A stretch of DNA of 62,496 nucleotides, filler included, from Dimargaris cristalligena (taxonomy: Eukaryota): NCBI GenBank assembly GCA_003614675.1. It is 5 parts of 5 records of this genome, joined end to end, with 100 filler letters (N's around TTAATTAATTAA, not from the genome) between each part and the next. Parts side by side here need not be neighbours in the genome. Positions count along the whole stretch, not along the records: positions 12,590 to 25,078 come from ML003040.1; positions 25,179 to 37,593 come from ML003041.1; 3 more parts are not named here. One strand, 5' to 3'. The position numbers were made by a program, and so were the translations under genes. This document shows, one piece after another, positions 12,592 to 25,228 of the stretch; within the stretch, counting starts at the first letter, position 1, and every line of letters begins with the position of its first letter. A model generated the notes under the pieces. The model was not told the origin of the DNA and did not search any database. It was given only the letters and a program-made list of their open reading frames with translations.

Positions 12592-13212
12592 GAAAAACCC
12601 AATGTACGATGGGAACCCCCGTCAGCGACGACAGACGCGCCCAGTGTGGCCGAACCCTCTGACAGCGGCCCAACTAAAGCCCGGCCCCACAGTGGACTAT
12701 TCGAGCCCAACATGAGTATCATCGATGAAGAGCCGTCGCCGGGTGTTGAAACCTCCCCGTCAAACCCTACGGATGCCCCCACAGACTCCAGTGGGGACAC
12801 CGAATTCCATTCGCCCCAGACCTCTACGCCCCTTGGTGAGACTGCCTCCAATCCCGGACTCGGGGTGCCTGCCCCCATGAACAACCTACAGGCTACTACG
12901 ACCCAGTCCAGTACGGCTGCTCTTACAGGCGAGCCCGTGGCCAACGTTTCTACACCCACGACCCCCCGTGTTGACAGCGGGCAGGGCACCCCCCAATTGG
13001 AAGCCACCGCCCATCCGCCGGCCGATGCGTCCGAATCAACCGAGCCCGCCCCAATGGTTGATCCTAACTGGACCTTTGTCCGCTTTGAAATCATGATTGT
13101 CAAAGTGCCGCTGCTGATGGGACTTTATGGTCTTCGATTCCGACAGGTCGCGGGCCCCACCTGGCAGTACAAGCACATTTGTTCGTCTATTTTGCGGGAG
13201 TTGCGTTTATAA
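12592..13212 (+). CDS. C-terminal fragment of Kin1/MARK-family kinase (KA1 domain), 5' truncated by contig edge
   Basis: S/T/P-rich linker, then VRFEIMIVKVPLLMGLYGLRFRQVAGPTWQYKHICSSILRELRL*, matching the KA1 consensus ending in EL-x-L. Confidence 0.85.
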   Translation, partial: EKPNVRWEPPSATTDAPSVAEPSDSGPTKARPHSGLFEPNMSIIDEEPSPGVETSPSNPTDAPTDSSGDTEFHSPQTSTPLGETASNPGLGVPAPMNNLQATTTQSSTAALTGEPVANVSTPTTPRVDSGQGTPQLEATAHPPADASESTEPAPMVDPNWTFVRFEIMIVKVPLLMGLYGLRFRQVAGPTWQYKHICSSILRELRL

Positions 13213-14587
13213 GATCCCTTTGGCTGACTTGCTTTATGCAGAATGACACCCCAATCTGTCTGACGCACTAAATGAACAGTATTCACTGGCTTACTAGGCC
13301 GGTTATGCCGCGCCCTTGGCTGTTTGGGGATGTAATCACCGGGAGGTTATATGGCTATCCAGAAGGGCTATGGTTTTTGGTTGAGTAACCCAGCCTTTTT
13401 CCGTGGTATCCGTCTTTATGCCTGGCTAATTTATGACTAATTGGTATATGGCCACGCGTATGCCATGGACTTGAGTCCCCACCCTCTTTGATAGTATTGC
13501 CACACCAGCGAATACACTCTGCCTGTTAGATTAGACCGGGCCATTTCATTTTAACCTTCCTTCCGTATTATCTATTAGTCACCGATCGCTGCAATCTTAA
13601 CATCCAAGATCTTTGATTGGCATCATTTTTTCATGTATCAATACGTTGTGCACTCTACCAATATGCACCTCCCCCCGTAAGCTGACACTGTATTCTTCTA
13701 AAGAATTAGCGAGTCGGTTGTGGTGGTGGTGCATTTAGCATCGCAATGTCCCCCACAATCAGTACTTCTGGGGGCTGTCACCTTGAATTCAAGACTGGCG
13801 CTAGCCTAGTCCATTCTTTATTTTATAATATCTTTACTATAGCCCCTATTTTTAACACAACTCAAAGTCGGGTAGCGTGTATTTGTTCTGCAGTGGTTTA
13901 TCCTCTTCTCAGTATCCCTTATGATTCAATCTGCCATTTTACCAAAAGCCCAGTGAGATCCCATCAGATCATCCCGGCTGCTTCAAAATAATAACCAAAG
14001 AGGGCCGCAATCACTCATAGACCCGCCCTCTTTTCCAAAACTTCATGTTGATTTTTCAGTAACCCTCATTTCACACTCAAGCTATTCTGCCCCGATTACC
14101 ATCCTTCGATGATCCACAGCAAATTCCTCAATTATCACTTTTCCCCTCTTTCGTCAACATTACTCTAACTTACTTTAATTATATCTATTACTTCGTGACT
14201 AATGGCATTACCATTAATGTTGCAATTACACCCCTAATACAGACACCCCCTTATGCATCCTTACCCCGGATAGTTTAACCAACAAAATCTCGGCAGTTGA
14301 TTGGCGAATTTAAAATTTCTGTAAGGGCAACATTTACTGTCTATGGTGTCATTGTAAAAGGCGATGTACCAATACAGGCTAATCTATGTCGCCCAGGGGG
14401 TAGGCTATTATAGACTTCATGGGGAGGTTGGTGGTGGTAAACTAAAACCAATCCCATGTGGTGTATACCGCGGCCCTACCCAGGCTATTTTATCGAGCCC
14501 ATTGAGATCGCTGGTGTTGGACCCTGTTCGCATTGCCGTGTTATAAGTTCTTGTTTTTTGTTACTGCCAATATACTTTAACTTGCCC

Positions 14588-17500
14588 ATGACCATTCGTC
14601 CTCTCTCTGACTTAACGCAACGGCGCCTAGTTTCGGGGCAGGTTCTCCTTGACATTCCGAGTCTGGTCAAGGAATTGTTAGAGTAAGTTTTTAGTGCACA
14701 TGGCCCAGTGTTTGCACTCACTGAAGGAAGGGCACCTTATCCGCTGGTAAGGGCGGCCGATAGACGGGGCAGCTCGGGTCGGAGATTCAAAAGAAGGTCG
14801 CTTGTTTCTGTTTTCGTGCCTGTGAATTTGACTCTCATGTGGGTGGTACTAATGGCAATATAGAGGGATTCCTTTCGCTTACTTTAGGAATTCGTTGGAT
14901 GCGGGTGCTACGACTATTGCGGTCAAACTATCCAATCACGGTTTAACCACCGTGACTGTGGCTGACAATGGGTGCGGCATTGATAGCACCAGTCACCATT
15001 TGGTGGGTATTCGGAACACCACGTCTAAACTAGCGCAGTGGACAGATCTCGAACGGGTCACTAGTTTGGGCTTCCGGGGTAAGTATGCGTGCCATGGGCC
15101 AGAATTTTTAATATCCCCACCTGCGCCTTTGTTTAGGCGCTGTTCGGGAAGCAGTTCTTCCATTCGACTGACTCTGCTTACTTGGTCCGATTGACTACCA
15201 TGATTATGCCAAACTGTTACCAGGGGAGGCCCTCAGCTCCATTTGCAGTACCGCGTATGCTGTACAAATCACCACCCGGACGGCTGTATGCCCCGTCGGG
15301 TCGGTTCTTACCCTCGATAACCAGGGTCGCGTAACTCGAGTTCACTCGACCTCGGCTGAGGTGGGCACAACGGTGTTTATCGAAAAACCCCTGTCCCGGT
15401 TGCCAGTTCGCCGTGAGGTAAGCATTGCCTACTTTTAACTACCCATATATGAATGCGTATGGAATTTAATACCAGAACGAATGGCCCTGCTGAACGGTAA
15501 GGGCCCCGGCAATTCAGCTAAATTATTGAAATCCCAAATGGTCAGATGAATTAATTATTTTCCGTGGATAAACAAGGGCTGGCGGAATCCAGCTGGCTGA
15601 GCAGCAAGGTGGTCGGACGACTGCAACAATCCGCCAGTTACTCCGAACATATGGATTTGTATTCTCCCATGTGCATTTATCCCTCCAGAATCACATTTAT
15701 TCAACTGGACGCCCCACCGGTCCCACCCGCTGGATTAAGCTACCTGCGACGGACCCATTAGAGGCCGTCACTCGTGATTTCGGCAAACGACTGGGTTCGC
15801 AGTTGCGTTATTGGCGAAAGGTTTATCCCCGTTTCCCCAGCGATGGTCCGACCGCCGGAGGTCAGCTGGTACACAATTCCAGTGGGATCGATGATGCAGT
15901 TATTCTAGAGGCCCTGTTGCCACAATCCACACCCGGTAAGCTACATTGTGGAAACCAGCTGGCGGTTATCTAATATTATTATTGACGCTATTCAGCTGTA
16001 TTAATATAGAAATCTTTGACTTCATTTGCTCATAAAGATCGCTAACCGGCATACAGCATCCTCTATTCGTTTATTGTGTAGACGCTTTGGCCAATGGGTG
16101 GCCGTCGCCAGCACTGGTGTACGTTAACCAGCGACCATTGACTTTCCGGGGTGAGCCATTTGCGGAGCTCCATCGCATGTTTACCCACTCAGTTACCCAA
16201 GCCCGAGGTGGAGGCAACAGCGGGGACAACTCACAGGGGGGAACCTCAGTTCGCAAGCCTTTTCTATGGCTACATATACGACTCCCGCCCGACTGGTACG
16301 ATGTCAATGTGGAACCGAGCAAGAACCAGGTATTGGTTCACGACCCGCACCTACTAGTTCTTGCTTTCCAAGCCCTTTTGGCCGAAGCCTATCCCGAGTC
16401 TGCTGCCATGGATACAACAACCTCCCAACGCGAATCAACCCAACCCAGGTAAGTGGATGGTTCTATCAGTTAAAGCAATTACTTAGGGTCTATAATATTA
16501 AAAATAAGCAACCGTCCAACCTGTTCACGGATTTTTCTTCTTTATATTATTTTTTGTATATATAAATAAATAGTGATGAACACTTAAACGATTCTAGAGT
16601 GGAGTTCATAGAGCCACTCCCCCCGACACCCGTGGCGGTCGAATCCGGGGCTGCGCTCTTCTCCCAGCTCAGTATACCCTCTCAGACGCACTTCAAGCCC
16701 GACGCCAGGCTGCCCAAACGACCCAAGACCTCACCCACCCCTCTGTCCATGGACTCTCTACAGACTACTTTACTCAATGTATTGCATCCGTTGAGAAGGG
16801 CCACCACCTCCAAAAGTAGAACACCTTTAGCACTTTCTAGAACCGCTCCCGACCCCACTGGCTCACACTATGGGAATACTGGGGTTGGTCATATTACACC
16901 TCGGAGCCCTCGGCGCGACCGACTCGTAGCCACGGCCGATTTTAACTGCTGGTGCCGTATTCCGAGAGGCTATCGACAATTCGGTTTAAAACAGGATCAA
17001 CATGATATTATATCTGGTTATCGGGATCCTATACCAGCCATATATCCACCTTTAATGCATGAGGACGGTGACCCCCGGCACCATTCACCTGAACTCCCGC
17101 CCCGTTTAGTGGGCCAGGATATTGAAAAACAACACTGGCTATACTGGTGGGCCAACCGCCTGTGGAAATTAGACCCTTCCCAGTAAGTTGATTTGGCTGC
17201 CCCTCCTGATCTGAATTACTAAACAGGGCAGCGTGTACGTTGGGAACCCGCAGTATTGATGAGATAGGCATCTGTCTAAACCCAATGAATTGGACCAGTA
17301 TTAATGGATATGTTGCTACCATAGCTACCGGCCTGTATTATTTCCGCTCCTCTTCGTTAGACTTCACTTGCGAGAAACGACGATGGAACTGCAGAGTACA
17401 TTTAAGATACCCATTAGGCCACAGGTTCCGTGGGTCCGTTTGGATTGGTAGGTGTATTGCTAGGTCGCCCCAATGTCAAAATTTGCTTATATAACTGTAG

Positions 17501-18363
17501 TATTAATGATAAGCATGCACATGGGTGAAGTTCAGCTTGGTTGTATAAGGTTTTAACTGGTATGTGTATGGGAAAATCGGTGGGATGTATATTTTCAATC
17601 AGTAGTACTTGCCTCATCAAATGGATTTTTCGTTATACAGCCTTGCTGAACTACTCCCACATGTTTAGCCAAGCACATGGCAATTGCTTGATACGAATAT
17701 TGAACTTATCGCAGTGGGGACATACCTACACGTGTATTACCCAATCCCTTTTAATGAACCTAGGCCCTCCCCCTCCCAGTCGGCTGTAATTCTTCAAAGC
17801 CTCAATTGCCAGCGAGCCATTATCGGGGGAACCGAGTACCACTATGTTAAAGACTATCGGCTTGTAAATAACGGATTTGACCTTCGATGGCATTTAGGTA
17901 AGTCTAACTTTAATGGCTTTCTAGGGGCCATTAGAGCGGACTGGATATCATCGACTACCTGTCTATATCCTACAGGATTACCCATGTTAATCAGGTGGAT
18001 TACCTATCCATTCAATTATATTATTTACCTTGATACCTAGCATCCGATGGCACCCAATTGGTAGTGGAAGTCATGGGCTGTCCCGCTTTCCTGCCACTGA
18101 CTACATTGCCTAGTGAAATCGAGACAATATTAGCCAAAATCGGAAATTCGGCCAATGATGTGGAGACAGAACTGGTGCTGCCTATTCACCAGGAACGAAG
18201 TATGCTTGGGTTTCGCACAAATCTAATTGATACCTATTTACATGGCCAGGCTATGGAGAAGGCCCGGGATATTGATCGTACAGCACCGCTAGACCCCTCC
18301 GCGGCTCTGACGGGACTGTGGAATATGCTATCAATTGGTAGACCACCTGTGGTAGACCTATAG
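14588..18363 (+). CDS. MutL homolog, human PMS1-like, multi-exon
   Basis: GHKL ATPase motifs LVKELLE|NSLDAGAT, DNGCGI, TSKL, LGFRG|EALSSI, GTTV..LPVRR; YDVNVEPSKNQV; C-terminal LLFVRL, DYRLVNNGF and GRPPV resemble human PMS1. No DQHA-x2-E endonuclease motif seen. Confidence 0.85.
17523..17658. mobile_element. 136-bp MITE inside a MutL intron
   Basis: Imperfect 26-bp terminal inverted repeats (21/26; GGGTGAAGTTCAGC.. / ..GCTGAACTACTCCC) flanked by direct ACAT at 17519-17522 and 17659-17662. Right end recurs elsewhere in the window. Confidence 0.8.
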
Positions 18364-20467
18364 AGTTGCTCACTTCAAACCTCTATAAATTAACCCAAAG
18401 GTTTAACTCAGTAGATATTGTGCCTATTTTTACCATGGTGTTCATATATTTGAGGACTGGGTAATAAAATAAATGGAATATTTAGATGGGTAATGGATTG
18501 GTGGGGTGTACGGCTATCTGTACTGATCAGCTGCACTAGACGGTGTGGGATTCCGCTTGACTGATAATCGATTCTTGCTCAATCATCAGGGGAGAACTGT
18601 TATATCTTTACCATTGCATTTTTAGTCCCTGATTTTAAATCGAATAGATTGTCGAATATAATAGGGGCCTTATGAAAACTGTGATAACATTGGTAGCCAT
18701 TATTCAGTACAATTCAGATAGAATGAGATGTTCCCCTTCCCGATACGTTTTGGCTAGATACCATTAGGCTTAGTATTAGGAGATACGTTGTAGGGAACTC
18801 AATCACATTGCTGCATAGAAGACTGGTGCCATTGTTTGGGGTGGCGGTTAGCTTAGAATAGGTGCACTATTTGCCGCCATTTGAAGTGATTACACTGCGC
18901 TACTTGTGCAACTCTTTATTAGACTGCCACCAGTGGACCCTTGCCATTCACAGCGTTCATTTAAGTGGTTAGATAGTTTAGGCCTCTTAATACACTGTGT
19001 CCATAAGGTATAGCAATTGCCGAATTAGCCTTACCCCCATTCGAAAATTAAGCCAGGAAATAGATAATCGAATAGTGGTGTTTTTGGTTGCAGATAAGGC
19101 CCACTATATCATCAACAGCCCTTTGTTTTTGTCTAGATTTCATTGAAGAGCCATTTAAACCTATTTGGCTGGCTATCTTAAGGGCACCCCATTATCGTAC
19201 CACTGCACACTAAGAATATGTCGCCCCGATTGTTCGGTATACTGCGTTTCCTGTTGTTTTAGCCGGCTGTTTTTTGATCGGATATTATCCATCGACCCCA
19301 GTTATCAGACCGGATTCTCACTACCGTAACTGCAGGCCTAACAAAATGAGTAGGAAGGTAGGTCTGATTAATGTAGGGAGACTGAATCCCAGTAATGCAC
19401 AAATCTAATGGCTCATTCCAGGTTCACTAAGATAATAGATCAATCTTAATCACTAATTGAGTTGCTACAGCCACCATTCCATAATTCGAATTGATTTGTC
19501 ACGTTTGATGACGATCAACACGTTATGGCTTATTGTATCCGTTTTTGACCGGCAAGAATGGATACCTACACGATAAACAGATAATCGCAAGTACACTAGG
19601 GGGCATTTCAATCTGGGCTATCACTGCTAATATGTTGATAATCCTATCTGAATCCAGATAAAGGTGGTGAGTAAAGCGGAATCCCTTTCCCCACATTTTA
19701 CCCCCCCCCTTGATGACACCAGAGACACGTTGGAGGCTTGTCAGCATGGCTGCAAATGACTGCCTAGGGGTGGATAGGGCAAGGAAAGGTTCATCAAAAA
19801 CAGGGGCATCCCAAGTGAACCCCTGGAGGCGGGTGGTAGGGACCGGCGGCTCCATCAGGAGTGAATGCCGGCGCCCCATTTTGAATAATATATTTAAGCG
19901 TAATATCCTAAGTTAGGCTGGGACGATTATGTCTCTCTTGCGAGTACAAGGACTTCGAAATCCCGCAGCAAGGTGGCGTTAAAAGGTTGGCACATTTACA
20001 CTATAGAATCACCTATCATGAAAACCTGACACTTCAGACGAACCGCATGTAAAAAAACGCCAGCAATTGCCGGTTGCGACCATTAATATTGGGCCCCTGG
20101 CGTGGTGGCATTTTCCACAGGACTGCGGTGGATGAAGCGGGGTATTGGGTTACTAGGTGGGAGAGGATGCGGAATAGATGAGGAGGCGCCACGTTAAGTC
20201 TGGGGTTTACTGGGAACCGATTTGGTGTATAATATCAAGCCAGGAAAAGATGAGGATGTAGACTGTAATTTAATACCATTATATATACCCCACCCTACTA
20301 CCAAACTAACCCATTCGATCGACATTCATCCTTCGTTTTGAGGCACTAGGCATTAACCGTACTATACAACACCTTGGAACTAATCTAGAAGAAGGCAGCA
20401 GCAATTGACTAATGGGATTCTAGAAGTTCAACCCACGCCAATAATATATCATATAGTCCAATCTTAG

Positions 20468-21187
20468 ATGCCCAGTTTAAATATTCTAACACTGCCACTC
20501 GAAATCCTGGAGCGTATTTTACACCATAGCGATGTGGATACCCTTTCAACTCTAGCATGCACCTCAGTATACCTCCGATGTATTGTGGTTATCCACTTGG
20601 TAAATCACGTATTACCAAAACTCGGGTTTCAACTACGCATTGACCAAGAGCATCGGTGGCGATTCGACACCCGGTTCCGTTTTGAGCAGTTCGACCCCCA
20701 GTCACTTACAGTGAGGCTCGTTCCAACGCATCCAACCCACAGGCCTCATCGGGTATTTTACGATTTATTTCTTCGCCGACCCCGAGTGCGATCACTCGTA
20801 ATGACTACGAATCCCCAACGAGAGCTACTACAGGGGCGAGCCCCCGTGTCAAGGGCGACGGTAAGGATGCCGCTACCCGTCAATCGAGCGGGCTCGTATA
20901 TTAGACCGTACCCCATAGGGTCGGGTGGAAGGGTAATTATTCTAGCCTATGAGGTCACACATCGGATTCCCGAAAGGGGGCCTAGCCAGCGGCACCAGTT
21001 TGTCCCTGGCGAGCGCTGGATTATGTTTCACCAACTGAGTATACCTCTGGGCCTACTGGGCGGGTGGAATGGGGGGGTGATATCACCCAAGCCTCCACTT
21101 CCAGCGGCGGGGGCCCAGCAGTCCCCTTATAGGGAAATATGGTGTCGACTTCGGGCCCTCCTGGGCGGGATGGCACCAAACCCTTAA
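20468..21187 (+). CDS. F-box protein
   Basis: N-terminal ILTLPLEILERILHHSDVDTLSTLACTSVYLR matches the F-box consensus; the rest is unrecognised. Confidence 0.75.
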   Translation: MPSLNILTLPLEILERILHHSDVDTLSTLACTSVYLRCIVVIHLVNHVLPKLGFQLRIDQEHRWRFDTRFRFEQFDPQSLTVRLVPTHPTHRPHRVFYDLFLRRPRVRSLVMTTNPQRELLQGRAPVSRATVRMPLPVNRAGSYIRPYPIGSGGRVIILAYEVTHRIPERGPSQRHQFVPGERWIMFHQLSIPLGLLGGWNGGVISPKPPLPAAGAQQSPYREIWCRLRALLGGMAPNP

Positions 21188-21247
21188 TCGGAAATCCCTG
21201 GCAGGCGATATCGGCTTAAAACCCCTTTTGTTAAGCGGGGGGGGGGG

Positions 21248-22000
21248 CTAAATGGCATCAGTGGAACCAAGAAGATTTCGGCTTGACCAGAACCGCTTAC
21301 CGTAATTAATAAGCAACTCGGCTTGGGGTTGGATAGGGTCGGCCAGGGTCCATATACCCATATAGACAAATCCAGTGGACTCATGCAGGAAGTCAGCAAA
21401 CTCCACGTTGGGCACAGACGCTATGCCACGGTAATCGTTGACGAAACGGGCCTCGTTGCCCCTAGCGTCCGCGTCAATGGCTAGGCGGCGATTGGGGGCG
21501 GGCGTGACTGGCTGACCTATAGCCTGGGCCAAGGCGAGGGCAAGGTTAACACAGTCCCGCGGGTCGAGGCCCAGCACATAGTCACTGGAGGGGCAGGCGC
21601 GATCATAGTCGGTGACTCGTCCCATGTAAACAGCCACGAGGGAGCGGGGGGGCAGTCGGCGGGCAGCAAAGAGGCCGCACTGGCCGCAGGCAGGGTGAGA
21701 AAGGGGCTGGGTAATGGGGCGGATGCGCACCAGGGGATTGGGCGACGGCGGCAGCTGGGCTACGAAGCGGTAACGAGCCAGCTGCTTCAAGGTAACCTTG
21801 AGGGCCGGCCGATTCAGAGAGAGACCTTTCGGACATAGGGCGGGGGAGTCGAACCAGGTGGTCAGTTGGCGGATCTTCGTAGGGGCGAGAATGGCACGAA
21901 GTGGTTCGGGAAGGCGGTGGGCCTCGCGCAGGTCCGGGGACTCGTAGTCCAGCTGACGGATAAAGGGAACAGCAGACGAGGGCCAGCCGGGCGGAGCCAT
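21248..22000 (-). CDS. SET-domain protein, putative lysine methyltransferase
   Basis: GQCGLFA, YMGRV, IDADARGNEARFVNDYRG, ELLINYG. Likely start accATGG at 22000. Confidence 0.85.
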   Translation of the reverse strand: MAPPGWPSSAVPFIRQLDYESPDLREAHRLPEPLRAILAPTKIRQLTTWFDSPALCPKGLSLNRPALKVTLKQLARYRFVAQLPPSPNPLVRIRPITQPLSHPACGQCGLFAARRLPPRSLVAVYMGRVTDYDRACPSSDYVLGLDPRDCVNLALALAQAIGQPVTPAPNRRLAIDADARGNEARFVNDYRGIASVPNVEFADFLHESTGFVYMGIWTLADPIQPQAELLINYGKRFWSSRNLLGSTDAI

Positions 22001-22416
22001 GGTGAAGAAGAGGCAAGGGGGGAGAGAAGGAGAACGGCAATTGGCCCGGGTCCGTCTTGGGCGTCGCTTTGAGGGGTCCTTTATGTCAAACCCCGCAACG
22101 TTGTTCACGCATACATTTGTCTCTCCCCTATGTAACATACTCCAGTGCGAGACTGACGTTTCCTTTGGAACCAAACTCAGCTCCTCTCTATGCGACTCAC
22201 CTCCCCTATGTACACACACTCTCTATCTCTCCCTCCCTCTCTCTCTTTTTCTTTCCTCCTGTTTCTCTCCGTCTCCTTGTTTTATTCCCTCGTCATTCGC
22301 TGCATCCTGCTCCACTGCTCTAGCTACTTTTTCTCACTGTTGTACATGATCTCCGTCGACCACGCCCTCACCGCCTCCATCTCTAGCCGCTGACGGTTCG
22401 GCTCTGCTCTGTTGCC

Positions 22417-23608
22417 ATGAACGCCCTCCACTTTTTATTTCCATGCTTTACCGGCTGCGGCGAAGACCTCGAACCGTGCCGCCGGCCATTGACCCGCCGC
22501 GCCTCTGTCCACGAGGGTCTCCTCACGACCCCCGCACCCTATGACCCACAGGCCCTTCCCAAAGCCCGGCCGGGCGAGGGCCGCTGGGAGACCTGGCGTC
22601 GCAAGCTGGTTGCGACCCTAGGCCACCATACTGATTGTAAGTTCCACCAGGTCACGTTTAAGCGTGTCACAGGCTAAATGAGGTAGCGTATACAACGCAC
22701 GTACCCCACCAGGACGTGCTTTTGGCCCTTGACTTATTTTATATCTCCCTATGCCCTTTGTTTGATTCCCTATTTGGGTTGTTTTTGTTTTATCCCATCA
22801 CCCCACTTTCCCCATGTCCTCCTCTGTCCCTACGTCTCCATCAGCCGTTTTGCGCCGGTCTGGGTACCACGAACATTGGGACGACGACTATGCGTGGACC
22901 TCCCCCGGCCAGCTGGAACTTCCCACTACCCTGCATCTTCACCAAACGGGCATCCGTCGCGAATTGGCTCAAGTCCGCCAGATCAAGGAACTCGTCGGTT
23001 GGCTCAAATCCCTCCAGCCCGCCGCCGAGCTCTGCATTCAGACCCACCGGGCTCCAGACCGTCGAGAGACTCTGTCATTACCCCAGCGCTCCCTCCTCGG
23101 CCAGCTGGAGCACAACTGGGCCCAGGCCACCTTCCTCATCGACCTAGTGGAACAGTCCTCCCTGGACGCTCGCAACGACCCCCACTACCTCGCGGGGTCT
23201 TTACGACCCTCGACCGATTCCGGGCATCCCCTCGAAGCCTCCACGCCTCACCCGACCTCGACCGTTGACTCCGACCTACACGCCTTCTCCGACGACGAAT
23301 TCACCGAATTTATACCCGAGGATGAGCGGGGAGGCCCCGGCAACGGTCGCCCATCCCCGGCCCTCCAAAACGCAGAACACATGTCATTACTGAATCGGCT
23401 GATGGACTACCGTCGCATAATCGAGGAGCAGCCCAACCTCCCCGTCCACCCCACCCTGGAACAACCTGCCCTGGCGTATGACCTGGGTAGCTCCACCCAC
23501 CTGCCGCCTATCCTCTTCACCGTGGATAATTTACTCTTACTGGCTTCGGAGTGCAAAGCCCTTGTGGCCTCCGTTGAAGCCACACTGGCTGAACTCTCTT
23601 CCCTGTAG
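22417..23608 (+). CDS. Hypothetical protein, 2 exons
   Basis: gccATG at 22417, GTAAGT donor near 22637, CAG acceptor near 22844; phase-1 join into the 22814-23608 ORF. No family recognised. Confidence 0.6.
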
Positions 23609-24216
23609 CATAGTTGTGTTTGTATTTCCAACGACCCATGTTTGATACCTCCCCCTCCCTTCCCCTTAGATCTGCATCCCCCACCCACCCATTCACTCGC
23701 TTACTATATCCTTCTATTCCATTATTTTGACTCTTCCTAATTTTCTCCCCCTTGTTTTACTAGTGCTTCTGTCGATTATTTATAGGACCTCCTAATCATA
23801 TAGCAATGGTTCATCCCCCTTCCCTAACTCTCATCCTTTTTCTTTTGCCTGACTCTTCCCAAGTCGGTGGGCTCAATGCTACACACCCTCTTCCACGAGT
23901 CATCCCCCATAATCTTTTAAAAATAAAATTAGCCGACTACCTGGACAGCTAGGAAGTATCCCAAATAAAAATAATGGGAATGGGGTAGATCCCGATGCAT
24001 CTTGTTTTCGGGTAGGCTGCGTAAAAGGGCCTAGCCGACAATTTCATGTGCTAAACCACTAATCGGGATTGAATGTGGTTCAATCGATAATCAAAAGCCA
24101 CCCATATACCATTGGAGTCTCGGTTGCCGCATATAAAAGTATAGATTTATAGATATATTAACAATTGCAGGCATTTGACAGTAATTAAAGTAGTTGAACA
24201 GGATGTGGGGCGCGCT

Positions 24217-25078
24217 TTAATCTAGGACCCATTCGCGAAGCCGTTTGGTGTACTTGGCCATCAGGGCCTGGACGTCCTGCAGGATAAAGGCGCACACCAC
24301 GGTGTGTAGAAATTCTGAAATTCGGTTGAGTCGGTGTACAATTTGCTGGTGCTGCAGATTGCCCGCAAACCAGGGAAGGGTGGCGGGACCGGTGGTTCCA
24401 CTAAGGGTTGATAACACGGAGTCCGCCACGGATGGCCGACGGTAGTTCAGCTGAGAGGGCGGGCCAGTCCCGAAATACCCGGGCTCGGCGGGGGACGGCT
24501 CCAGGATCGCATCGTCTTCGCCCAAATCCGGGGAGGGTAGGTTAGCATCCGTGGTGGAGTAAAGCAGCGGGGATGACAAGGTCGTGGCGTCGGTACCTTC
24601 CCCGGGACTGGTCTCGGAGTGCACCGAGACAAGTGAAGGGGGGGCCCCGCGGTTGGGTGGGGTGGTTTTGGGGTGCTGGAGGCGCCCATTGAGCCGTTGG
24701 ACGGAGGGGCCGCACACCAGGCTCCACCAGCCGGAGTACCACCGGGCCCAACCCTCCAGGGTTTGGAGGGCCAGGAAGAGCCGGTTGAGTGCCAGTATGT
24801 ATTGGGTAGTGTCCGCTACCTTGGCCTCCCGGGTATAGCTAGCCTGGATACGGTCCAGGCCTTTGGTCATGCGCTTCCCAAGAGCCTTAAATGCACCGCC
24901 AGCGGATAGACTCGAGGAGGTGGAAGTGGCCGATGAAGCTGAGGGGGCATAAGATGTCGACACCGGAAGGCCACTCTGGTCGGGGCCGGGGGGGAGGGTG
25001 GGTGTCGTTGACGGAAGTGTGGGAAGAGGAGGGAAGGACGGGGTGGGGCCCAGTGGAGGTGATGTGATAATGGAGTGG
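24217..25078 (-). CDS. C-terminal fragment of conserved fungal protein (resembles C-terminus of fungal MIT-domain proteins)
   Basis: Long ORF near the contig end with YILALNRLF and terminal ISEFLHTVVCAFILQDVQALMAKYTKRLREWVLD. Family assignment is from memory. Confidence 0.55.
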
Positions 25079-25178
25079 NNNNNNNNNNNNNNNNNNNNNN
25101 NNNNNNNNNNNNNNNNNNNNNNTTAATTAATTAANNNNNNNNNNNNNNNNNNNNNNNNNNNNNNNNNNNNNNNNNNNN
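25079..25178. other. Artificial contig linker
   Basis: N44-TTAATTAATTAA-N44. Confidence 0.98.
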
Positions 25179-25228
25179 TTGCCTCATCAAATGGATTTTT
25201 CGTTATACAGCCTTGCTGAACTACTCCC
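25179..25228 (+). mobile_element. Right end of the MITE at contig start
   Basis: TTGCCTCATCAAATGG..GAACTACTCCC identical to 17609-17658, followed by ATAT. Confidence 0.8.

Noticed and set aside
18400..20400. Short ORFs including 19523-19879
   Set aside because: No motifs or coherent exon structure; treated as intergenic.
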